This document shows positions 1 through 10,449 of a stretch of DNA of 64,000 bases, piece after piece. Both the position numbers and the translations under genes were made by a program. Below the pieces are notes generated by a model that saw only the letters and a program-made list of their open reading frames with translations, was not told where the DNA came from and made no database searches. Source of the stretch: Geosiphon pyriformis uo1 (taxonomy: Eukaryota; Fungi; Glomeromycota); contig JAAOMT010000128.1 in NCBI GenBank assembly GCA_016748015.1, positions 565,538 to 629,537 on the forward strand, in the 5' to 3' direction. Position 1 is the first letter of the stretch. Each line of letters starts with the position of its first letter.

Positions 1-403
1 ATTATTCAAACAGGAAAAGGCCAACAAGTAATCTTTTATCCTAAGATGTTCGGATACTTGAAGGTAGAAAAAGGAAAATTAGTGATAAGAGAGTGATTAA
101 GATGAAAGTTGTTATTTTTATTTATTTATTTGATTCTTGTCTGAGAGATCATTTTCTACAGCTAAGAGACTCATTGCTTATATAGCTATTGAAAATAGTC
201 AATGACCAGGTCAATGACTAGGTCAATAATCAGGTCAATGATTAGGTCAGCAATCAGGTCATTGATCAGGTCAATGATCAGGTCAACAGTCAGGTCATTA
301 ATCAAGTCAACAATCACTATCTAAAAATAGAGTGGCTAATTATATGACATCAGTGACTAATACATGTGATAACTAATAAAAATTATGGGTTTCAATCATA
401 ACA
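1..403 (-). repeat. A1 3' LTR (partial)
   Basis: Matches 6997-7235; begins TGTTATG on minus at 403, right after the PPT (GGAGAGGATGA, 404-414). Confidence 0.93.
198..314 (-). promoter_or_regulatory. 12-bp tandem array (GATCAGGTCAAT)n in family A LTR, upstream of TATA-like GCTATATAAGC
   Basis: About 9-10 imperfect units; found in variable number in the A LTRs. Confidence 0.75.
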
Positions 404-1029
404 TCATCCTCTCCAAAGAGATTGAGCTCTGGTGAAATCAAGTTATTTATAGGGTATTCTAATTGAAGGGTTTTGTCTAACTCAAAACTAACTAGTTTGT
501 TGAAGTCTTTTGTGGATAGAGTATATAGTACTTGAAGCGAAATAAGCTTTGTATCCAAGAGACCAAATCTTTGTATAAGAGTTTTGGCTCTTTTTGCAAT
601 GGTCAAAATTCTTGGGATATCTAAACGTATAATGCCCAAAATTTCCACTTGTATTTCTGAAGTTGTTTTCTTCATGAGCTTCATTTCTTCTATGATTTCA
701 CCAAAACAACCATAGAGTTCTAGTTGCCTTCCATATGACAAGTTTTTGTCTATGGGCAAAATTTTTTTAATCGTTTTTCCAATTTTTATGGAAGGTGTAA
801 GTATTGCTGCTTTTATGCTTTCCAGCAAATACTTATCTATTTTGCTACCAATTCTTTCTCTTCTGGTAGTGGTTTTTTTTGGTCTAATAACAGTATGTGT
901 TCTATTGTTATCAGTTATGGTGGTTTGTTTTCCAATGATCAGAGTAGCATTTGGATAATTTTTGATCCAGTACTTATAAAAAGTGTAGAAAGCATTTTGA
1001 ATGTTTTGATCTAGAAAATAATTGTTCAT
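373..1029 (-). CDS. ORF-X: accessory 3' ORF of family A, ~218 aa, unknown function
   Basis: Open frame (track 373..1125); likely ATG at 1029 (MNNYFLDQNIQ) after the integrase stop; runs through the PPT into the LTR; homologues in A2, A4, A5. Confidence 0.8.
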   Translation of the reverse strand: MNNYFLDQNIQNAFYTFYKYWIKNYPNATLIIGKQTTITDNNRTHTVIRPKKTTTRRERIGSKIDKYLLESIKAAILTPSIKIGKTIKKILPIDKNLSYGRQLELYGCFGEIIEEMKLMKKTTSEIQVEILGIIRLDIPRILTIAKRAKTLIQRFGLLDTKLISLQVLYTLSTKDFNKLVSFELDKTLQLEYPINNLISPELNLFGEDDVMIETHNFY

Positions 1030-1070
1030 GTCAATTGAAAATACCTCTGTTTTTGGAATGGTGCATTTAT

Positions 1071-2345
1071 TTATATCTGATTTTTGTTGATCATTTGGGT
1101 CGGTATTACCACAACAGGTAACCAATCAGGTCATTTGTGATATTTCTTGAGTCGTGTGTCATGAACAGGGCAATTATTGAAGATTGTTCCATATTGATCT
1201 TATAAGATATAAGAACCATTGTTTAAAACTTTGTTGACTATAAAGAGTTCTTTCTACCAGCTAGAAAATTTATCACCATAGACATTGTCTCTGTCTGAAC
1301 AGTATTCTAAAACTAAGTTACTAACACTTAAGGAAAGTGTTTTATATGTTTTCTTTTTCTTAAGCTTCTCTTGGAATTGTTTTATCTTTTCAAAGGCAAT
1401 TATTCATGCTTCTACTAATGAGTCAAGAATAGTACCAAGTCTTCTTTGCAAAATGTCCTTGTAATCTCCTATTGTTATTTCTTCAAAAGATATTGTTTCT
1501 ATATTCATTTCTATTGGTAGAGTTGCCATTTGTCCATAGAGCAGATAAAAGGGTTCATAACTTATTATGTCATGATTCACAGTTCTGTAGGTGAACAAAG
1601 CTGAAGACAATACTTTGTCCCATAGGTTGGTTTCTTCATTGGTTTTGGCTAGGGTTTCACATAGTGTTCTATTGAAACGGGAAGAAAGTTTATAATTTAT
1701 TCCCATTTTTCTGCAAAGTTCTTCAACCAGTGTACTGAGAAAAGCTCTTCCTCTATCAGATAAAAGTTCTTTGGGGCAGCCATGGTGACAGATAATATTT
1801 TCATAAATGAAATTGGCAATTGAGACTGCTGTTTGATCTAGGGTGGCTCTTGCTTCTACCCACTTTGTAAGATAATCAGTAGCTGTGATAATGTATCTGT
1901 TGCCATCAGGAGTTATTGTTAAAGGTTCAACAACATCTATACCAATTCTGTCAAATAGTTGACCAACAGAGATCAGATAGATATCTTCCTTGCAATTGGG
2001 TTTTCCTCTTCTTTGGCAGATATTACAGGTTTTGATGTATTCAGCAATGTCTTTACCCAAGGTAGGCCAATAATAGTGAGCTAAAGTTTTCTGAATTGTT
2101 TTTGTTTTTCCAAAGTGTCTAGCTAATGGATCAGTGTGCATATTGTAGATCACAATTTCTGTTTCTTCAAATCTAATGACTCTCTGGGGGTGGTCAGGAT
2201 CTTTTATATAACTGGTTCTGGTGAATCAAATAGAAATTTAATTGTTTGTGCAAATGTTCTCTTTGCTGTCGAGTATAGTCTAGCGGGTATTGTCCTTTAC
2301 CCAAAATTCCATTAAGGCAGAGTAGTTGTTCAAGTTTATTATTGT
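1071..2345 (-). pseudogene. A1 integrase (stand-alone ORF, disrupted)
   Basis: HTDPLARHFG..CNIC zinc finger, IGIDVV core, degenerate GPF-type C-terminus; stops and indels. Confidence 0.9.
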
Positions 2346-2404
2346 GTTTGTTTGTGGGGGAGTTACAAATAATTAAGTTGGTTTGGTTTGGAAGGGTTTT
2401 ACTA

Positions 2405-5077
2405 TCACTGGATGGTAAGTCTGGAGAGAGCGTCGGCGTTTTGATAATTAGCTCCTTTGCAGTGTTGAATGTCATAGTTGAATTCATCCAAGTGGAGTAT
2501 CCAGTGAGTTATCTATTTATGTTCCAGGTTTTTTTTATTGTGTAGCCAAACCAAAGCTTGGTGATCTGTTACCACCAAAAATTTTACACCCTTAAGATAT
2601 TTGTTCTAGTAGCTGGTAGCCCAAACTACTGCTAAGCATTCTTGCTCAGTGACTGAGTAGTTCCTTTCTGCTGGTGTGAGAGTTCTACTGGCATATGCTA
2701 CAGCATGTTCCCTGCCATTTTCGTCTTTCTGGGAAAGAACAGCACCAAGTTCATAGCCAGATGCATCAGTATAGAGTATAAAAGGTCGATCCAGATTAGG
2801 TTGCATGAGGATGGGTTCTGTAACCAGTTTTTCCTTCAGAATTTCAAATGCTTTTTGTTGATGAGTGCCCCAGTGATAATTGATGTTTTTCCTAAGTAGC
2901 TGATTGAGAGGAGCAGTGATTTTGGAGAAATCCTTGACAAACTTGCAATAATAAAAGGCCAAACCAAGAAAAAAGTGTAGTTCATGAACATTCATTGGTT
3001 GTCTAATGTTTTGAACTTTTTCAATTTTGGCTGGATCAGGGAAGATTTCATCTTTTGTAATAAGATGGCCAAGAAATTGGGTGGATTGACATTCAAAGAA
3101 TGATTTGATTGGATTGATCTTGAGGCCAGCATTTCTAAGGAGATCAAAAATCTTTTGCAAATGTTCAAGGTGTTCATCCCAGGTTTTTGAGTATACCATT
3201 ATGTTGTCCAAGTAGACTAGAACAAAGTTTTCTTTTACTGATTCAAATACTTTGTCCATTAAGCATTGAAAGGTGGGAGGAGCATTTGTGAGATCAAAAG
3301 GCATGACTATGAATTTGTAGGTGCCATACTTGGTAATGAAGACAGTTTTTTTTCTGCTTTCTGGATCCATCTCTACTTGCCAGAATCCAGTAGTTAAGTC
3401 AATGGTTGAGAAGAAAGCGGCACCATGGAATTGGTTTAGTATTGCATCAATCTTGGGAAGTGGGTACATGTTTTTTTCAGTAATGGCATTTAATTAGCGA
3501 TAGTCAACACAAAAGCATAGGGTTTATCCTTTCTTGGATACCACTACAACTGGGAATGCCCATTTATTCTTGGTTTCCTGTATGAATCTAAGGTTTTTCA
3601 TTCAGGTTATTTTCTTTTTGATAAACTCATCATTGCACCGGTTGGATTAATAGGGCTTCAAATGGATGGGGCAAGTTTCTCTGGTGATAATGGTATGTTG
3701 TATCACATGTATACGTCCAGGAAATTCACTTTCTTTTGAGATAACTGGGCTGTTTCTAGCCAGCAGGTTTTCAATGTCTATTTTTCTTTCTTCTGGAGAG
3801 GATTCTCATTGTTCTACAACCAGTAATTGGATTTTAGGTAGTTCGTTTTCAAAGGACTTTTGGACTTTTTTTATTTCCTCTCGGGGTATCAAGCTAATTG
3901 GTTCCCAATCTTTGTAATAGATCAGGCAGGACATGCATTCATCGCTAGGAGAATACAATGGTTTGTCACACCAGCACCAGACACAAGGACCATATCACCA
4001 ATAACTGTATTTGGCTTTTTTGTCTGGTTTTCTGTTAAAGGTTCTTCTGAGCATGTCATAATAAGGCCAGCAGATCAGCTTGCCATTGACAATGATTCCT
4101 TTTTTATCTGCCTTAACATTATCCAGTGGTTTGCTATTGCTGGTGAAGATGGTATAGGTGAGTTCAGCAGTTTCTTTTTGTTCTTCTTGTTTTTCTTCTT
4201 CCTTACTTTCTTCATCATCTGATTCATCTGATTCATTTTCTTCTGGGCTCTGCTTGGGTACTGGGGGAGTTGTCCAATGGCAACATTTAACCACAATGGG
4301 TTTCTTACCACATCTGATGGTTAGTTCACAGAGTTTATAATCAAATAAAGCTTTTGCTTTCTTGAGCCATTCATTGCCAACAATGATGGTGTATTCTTTT
4401 GCTTCAGACACTTTCATATCAGTTTCAATGCTGATGCCATTAATGCGGACAGGAATAGCTTTGGCTATGCCAAGCCTTTTTTTCTTATCACCATGCACAT
4501 TGGTCATTGGTCAAGTGGATGATTCATCAATTTTTCTGCCAATTGCTTCAAGAAAGTGTTTGGCAATAACACTAACAGATAATCCACTGTCTAGGATCAA
4601 ATTGATGAAGTAGCCAGCCACTTGGGCTTTACAAATTAGAGGAGTGACATTGCTATTGTCAGCAAGTCCAGCTTGGTGAGGGCGTTTGTTGGTTTTGGAT
4701 GTCTTTTTCTTTGGAATTAGGAATTTGCAAAAATCTTTTCTGAATTGTGGATGGGTCATCAATTGGCCAAAGGTTAGGTCTTTGACAACAGAATAGGGGC
4801 CGGATTTTTGTACTATTTTTGGGGGTTCCAACTTTGGAGAGTTTTTGAAAACTTTGGCTTTTGGGGGCTCATTGTTGTCAGCAGTTGATGTAGAAGCTTT
4901 ATTGGAGTCCAGAACGAAATCAACTTTGGCTTTCTTCTTCTTTTTTGTTGATTCAGAGAGGTTGATTGCTAGTTTATTCATGTCATAGTTATTATCAGTT
5001 AAGTTAAAAGTGTAAAAGGGGTTTTCTTCTGGTTGGCTTGCATTCTTATCCTTTGAAAGTGCGCCTACCAGTTTAAA
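2405..5077 (-). pseudogene. pol: A1 pol (protease-RT-RNaseH), disrupted
   Basis: LILDSGLSVSVI, YPLPKID, VYLDN (YLDD mutated), YTDASG; ends LSRLTIQ-TGA-TAG-TAA. Confidence 0.93.
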
Positions 5078-6617
5078 GGCTGATAAACAGTGGCTTCAAC
5101 TAGGGGATCCTCTCCAAAGAAATTGTTGTTGGCATGATTGGGTCTTTGGTTGGGAACATTGTTGTTGTTGGGTCTGTTGTTCTGGGCATCATTGTTTCTG
5201 GGAACTGGTGGAGACAGTGGAGGATTGTTGCAATCTCTTGAAAAGTGTCCAGTTAATTCACAGTGATAGCATACAGGTGGGCCATGATTTTGTTGTCTTT
5301 GATAAGGTGGTTGCTGGAACTGATTAAAGCATGGTTCAAATCTGGGTTTTTGTTGTTGTTGATTTTCTCTGACTGCTTGGGCTAAGAGTTCTAATAACCG
5401 GGCAAGATTTGTTGTGAGTCTGTCTATTAACTGTTTATTTGAATCTTGAGTGTGAATGGCAAAAGAAGTAGCAGCCATTTGAGGAGCAGGAGTCATAACA
5501 AGAGCAGAAGCAAAAACTGGTAGTGTGGATCCCAAGTGCATCCTTTGGTTATCTTCAATTTTTTGTGCTAATTCAATGGCCATATCCATGGTGGGGTTAT
5601 TTTTCAGGGCCAGGAGGAGCCAAAGAGCATACAATAGATCAGTTCTCAATCCTTTTGTGAAGGAGTGAATTTTCTGCTCTTCTGTCCAATTTCTCCTAGA
5701 GTCTATACATTTGATTAGCTTTCTAATAGCTTTGGCATATTCAGTCACTACTTTTCCAGGGCCTTGGGTTTTTCTTTCCAATTCTATGCACCATTTAGAT
5801 ATTAATATTGGGATTCTGAACTTGGTCTCAAATCAGATAGTGAAAGAGGTATTTTTTTTTCAGCATTGATTGGTGTTCATTTGATTATTCTGTGTTGAGC
5901 ATTAGCATCTGTTTCTTGTGAGAACCAGGTAGCAGGAGAGCCTTGAAGATAGCCACCAACAATTTGGAACTTGTATTCTTCACCATACTAGTTGGTTGTG
6001 ACAGCTCTCTCAAAATCATCCAACCATTCAATTGGATTTTGTGCATCACCTCTAAATAGTGGTAGTGGGGTATTGTTTCTTCTTCCTAGAGCAGTTTGTA
6101 TACCTTGGAGGGCAGCCAGAATGTTTGCTTGCATGGGATCATTAGCCATTGGTTCAGGGGTAACTGTTTGTATAGACGAGTCTGATTTGCTTGATAAAAG
6201 GTCAAAAACAGAGGCAGTTTGGTAGCTTTCTTCTTCTGTTTCAAAGGGAGTTTCAGTTGTTTGATGGGCAGCAATCCAAATGTGGATTTGATGATTCAAA
6301 TATTCGAAATCAGGAGGCTGTTGTTCAAAGGTTGCAGAATATAAGAGCTGATTGATACTGTTGTTTCTTTCTTCAAAGTCATTTTCAAAATAAGCTTGGT
6401 CAAAGTAATAGATTGTATAAGCTGTATAGGTTTCAGCTGAATGCTCGTTCAAGAACCAGTTCCAAAAGTCTTGGAATTGTCTACTGAATTGTTCTTCAAG
6501 GGGGAAGCAGATCAAGCAGGAGGGCAGAGGATTAAGTTCAATAAAATCTAGGTTGTTCTTGTTGTGTGCTGCAAAGTGTTCTTTTAATTGCTGTGGCAGA
6601 TATGAGTAATCACCCAT
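5065..6617 (-). pseudogene. gag: A1 gag
   Basis: PLFRGDAQNPIEWLDDFE capsid-like start, CYHCELTGHFSRDC zinc knuckle; internal stops. Confidence 0.9.
5071..5077 (-). other. -1 ribosomal frameshift heptamer U-UUA-AAC at the gag/pol overlap
   Basis: In gag frame (ccT TTA AAC tgg TAG); the -1 frame is open into pol; same site at 9392-9398 and 37716-37722. Confidence 0.8.
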
Positions 6618-6646
6618 ACAATGAGGAAATAAGTGAATTTTAACAA

Positions 6647-6663
6647 CCTCACAGGAAGCACCA
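6647..6663 (-). other. Primer-binding site of A1
   Basis: TGGTGCTTCCTGTGAGG, 6 nt after LTR end; complementary to a tRNA 3' end with CCA. Confidence 0.85.
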
Positions 6664-6669
6664 CTTTTA

Positions 6670-7235
6670 TGTTACAGGTTGGAGTAATAAGCTAATGGAT
6701 AGCAAGAAAGAACAGGATTGTAGGGTAATGAAAATTATCAAAGGGGATTCAACTTCAATGAGCGAATTGAATAAGTATGGATTCAATGTGCAAGATTAGT
6801 CTCATAAAATATCTCAGTTGCTATTTTTTTTCAAAGGTAACTGGGAAATCTGAAGGTAGAAGGATAGTCCATACTGTTAATAATTGATAACTGCTGATAT
6901 AATTCTATGCCTCATGTTAGCACTCTTAGAATTCAATATCAGGTATCAACTTGTGCTCTTCAGTCATGTTTATACAAATAGGCTTCAAATACTACAATTA
7001 TTCAAACAAGAAAAGGCCAACAAGTAATCTTTTATCCTAAGATGTTCGGATACTTGAAGATAGGAAAAAGGAAATTAGCAATAAGAGAGTGATTGAGATG
7101 AAAGTTGTTATTTTTATTTATTTGATTCTTGTCTGAGAGATCATTTTCTACAGCTAAAAGACTCATTGCTTATATAGCTATTGAAAGTGGTCAATGACCA
7201 GATCAACAGTCAGATCATTGATCAGGTCAACAATC
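6670..7235 (-). repeat. A1 5' LTR (outer ~90 bp lost)
   Basis: Ends TGTAACA before PBS; abuts the inverted A2 LTR. Confidence 0.9.
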
Positions 7236-7817
7236 TCTATTTTTAGAAAGTAATCATTGACCTAGTCATTGACCTGATCATTGACCACTTTTGGTAGCTA
7301 TATAAGCAATGAATTTCTTAGCTGTAGAAAAGCATGTAGAAATCAAAGAAATCAAATAAATAAAATAACAATTTTTATTTCAATTATTCTTATATTGCTA
7401 ATTTTTCTTTCCCTACTTTCAAGTATCTGAACATCTTAGGATAAAAGATTACTTGTTGGTTATTTCTTACTCTTTTCCTGAAATGTGTAATTGCAGCATT
7501 TAAAAATTATTGAATAAAACATGACTAAAAAGTACATCTGATACCTGATATTGAATTCTAAAAGTGCCAATATAAGGCATAGAATTATACCAGTGTGTGA
7601 TTATTTGTTGACAGTATGGACTATTCTTCTATTTTCAGATTCTTTGGTTATCTTTGAAAAGTATAATAACTAAGATATTTTATGAGACTGATCTTGCACA
7701 TTGAATCCATACTTATTCAATTTGCTCTTTGAAGTTGAATTTTCTTTGATTTCTTTTATTATCCTACAATCTTGTTCTTTCTTGCTATTCATTAACTTGT
7801 TACTCCAATTCATAACA
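7235..7817 (+). repeat. A2 5' LTR (outer end lost)
   Basis: Similar to 20141-20769; ends CATAACA followed by TAAAAG and the PBS. Confidence 0.9.
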
Positions 7818-7869
7818 TAAAAGTGATGCTTCCTGTAAGATTGTCAAAATTCACTTTGTTTCTTATTAT

Positions 7870-9404
7870 ATGGGTGATTATTTATACCTGTTACAACAAT
7901 CAGAAGAACACTTTGAAGCACACAACAAAAATGATTTAGACTTTATTGAACTCAATTTTTTGCTCTTCTGCTTAATTTGCTTCCCAATTGAAAAACAATT
8001 TAGCAGACAATTCCAAGACTTTTGGAACTGATTTCTGAATGAGCATTCAGCTGAAATCTACACAGTTTATACAACCTATTACTTTGACCAAGCTTATTTT
8101 GAAGACAACTTTGAAGAAAGAAACAACAATATCAATCAGCTCTTATATTCTACAACCTTTGAACAACAGCCCTCTGATTTTGAATATCTGAATTATCAAA
8201 TTCACATTTGGATTGCTGCCCATCAATTAACTGAACTTCTCTTGAAACAAAAGAAGAAAGCTATCAAACCATTCCTGTTTTTGATTTCTTTTCAAGTGAA
8301 TCAGAACACTCTACACAAACAGTTATACCTGAACCAATGACTCAAAACCCTCTACAACAAAACATTCTGATTGCTCTCCAAGATATACAGACTGTTTTAG
8401 AGCAAAAAAACAACACTCCATTACCATTATTCAGAAGTAATGTTTAAGATCCAATTGAATGGTTAAATGATTTTGAGAGAACTGTTACAGCAAACCAATA
8501 TGATAATGAATACAAATTCCAAATCATTGGTGGCTACCTCCAAGGCTCTCCTGCTACTTGGTTCTTACAAAAAACCAATGCCAATGCTCAGCAAAGAATT
8601 ATTAGATGGACACTGACAAATGCTGGAGAAGATAACACTTTTTTTACTACCTGGTTTGAAACAAAATTTAGAACTCTTATTTTGATATCCAAATGGTGCA
8701 TGAAATGGGAAAAAAGAATCTAAGGCCCAGGAAAAATAGTAACTGAATACACTAAAGCCATTAGAAAATTAATCAAGCATATAAACTCTGGTAGAAATTA
8801 AACAGAAGAACAAAAGATTCATTCCTTTACAAAAGGATTGAGAACTGATCTTTTATATGCTCTCTGGCCCCTCCTAGCCCTAAAAGATAATCCCACAATA
8901 GATATGGCCATTGAACTTGCCCAAAGAATAAAAAACAACCAAAGAATGCACCTAAGATCTACTCTTCCAGTTTTTGCTTTAGCTTTACAAATGGCTGCTA
9001 CCTCTTTTGCCACTTATACTTAAGACCCCAATAAACAATTATTAAACAGACTTACTGCTAATTTTGCTCAGCTATTAAAACCATTAGCCCAAACAGTCAG
9101 AGACAACCAGCAACCCCAAAAATCTAGATTTGAACCCTGCTTCAATAAGCCCCAACAACCATTATATCAAAGACAACAAAATCATAGTCCACCTGTGTGC
9201 TATTGCTGTGGACTAACTGGACACTTTTTCAGAGATTGCAACAATCTTCTATTGTCTCCTCCAGCTCCTAAAAATAATAACACTCAGAATAACAGACTTA
9301 ACAATAACATTGTTCTCAATCAAAGACCCAATCATGCCAACATCAATTTTTTTGGAGAGGATTTCTTAGTTGAAGCTACTGTTTATCAGCCTTTAAACTG
9401 GTAG
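7870..9404 (+). pseudogene. gag: A2 gag
   Basis: ATG GGT GAT (MGDY) start, CYCCGLTGHFFRDC knuckle, ends VYQPLNW*. Confidence 0.88.
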
Positions 9405-9408
9405 ATGC

Positions 9409-10188
9409 TGTTACAGGTGACTACTTCTGGTGTTAAATTAAATAACAAACCTGTAACTTGGTGCTCAAATCTAGTTGCAGTTGATAGTGCTCTAAAGGTT
9501 TTGTATCTGAAGGTTTCAGTTTGAGTTCTTTGTATAATGGACAGAGATTCAATAGTTGTTTTATTTATAGCTTCCCAGAATTGCAATTCTGTCAATTTTT
9601 CTCTCAGTGTAATGACCAGCAATCCTTTGGTAAGTATTCCATATCTGCTGTACATGTCCTATCTTCTCACAGAGTTCTTTTACTAGGCAATCCTTGACAT
9701 CAGTAATCTAGCGCTTTATTCAACTTATTAGTACACAACAATAAAATCAAAATAAAATAAAGAAAAAAAATAAAAGAAAAATAAAGAAAGAAAAGAAATA
9801 AGTCAAGGTGATTTGCAAGTTAGTATTTCATCAATAGCCATGATCAAAAGCTATTGTTCCAGTGTGGTTAAGTATCAATTACTATCAACATGAAGTATTG
9901 ATAGTGGTAGTGAGTTTGAGATAACAAACAGTTATTTATTTGTGGTTTGGAAAGTTGTCTAAATGAAATCTAAACTGAGAGGTCTGTCTTTTTAGCTTCT
10001 AATCCTATTGCTATATATACATAATTGAGATTTCTCAATTTTTCAATTCTTCACAACAGGAATTCTGGGATTCCTGGAATCCTGCAATTCCTTTGAGAGG
10101 AATTCTGGAATTCCATATTTTACTATGTCTACTTCTAATTGGTTAATAACTATGCTAATATATATTCCCTATATTTCTATGAATAACA
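9409..10188 (-). repeat. B1 3' LTR
   Basis: TGTTA..TAACA termini; direct repeat of 14593-15447. Confidence 0.93.
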
Positions 10189-10201
10189 TTATTCCCTTCT
10201 T

Positions 10202-10445
10202 TTAATATTGAGCTCTGTCAAAATTTAACTTTGTTAATTCCCTTTTTTGAAGTATTTTCTGAATTTCATTTTCGAGAATTACTTGTGTTATTTGAGTCTG
10301 TAATTCTTCAAATTGAGTGTTAGTGATCTTTCTTAATTGATTACTGGTAACTGTATCTATTGCTTTGTTGAGTAAGATTTCTGGTCAATTCTGAAATGCT
10401 GTGTGTATTTAGTATATGGCTTGAGCCTGTGTGGATAAGTTGTTT
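10202..10445 (-). pseudogene. C-terminal remnant of family B ORF-X
   Basis: AIY*IHTAFQN*PEILLNKAIDTVTSNQLRKITNTQFEELQTQI aligns by eye with the ORF-X C-terminus of families C and A. Confidence 0.6.
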
Positions 10446-10449
10446 TTTC

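Larger units (their letters stand above)
1..7235 (-). mobile_element. Ty3/Gypsy LTR retrotransposon, family A copy A1 (3' LTR cut by window edge; 5' LTR outer end missing)
   Basis: LTRs 1-403 and 6670-7235, PBS, gag with CCHC, PR (LILDSG), RT, RNaseH (DASG), IN (HHCC), PPT; order PR-RT-RH-IN. Confidence 0.95.

Noticed and set aside
746-958. Hydrophobic membrane-like small ORFs (also 19586-19798, 51999-52211, 23380-23841 and others)
   Set aside because: Antisense shadows of A-rich coding strands
2194-2487. Overlapping ORF bridging RNaseH into integrase in A1
   Set aside because: Depends on a single-T deletion unique to A1 (T4 versus T5 in four other copies)
5051-5089. 38-nt GT..AG intron fusing gag to pol
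   Set aside because: Very short, weak donor (GTTTAT), no clear branch point; the in-frame slippery heptamer explains the junction better
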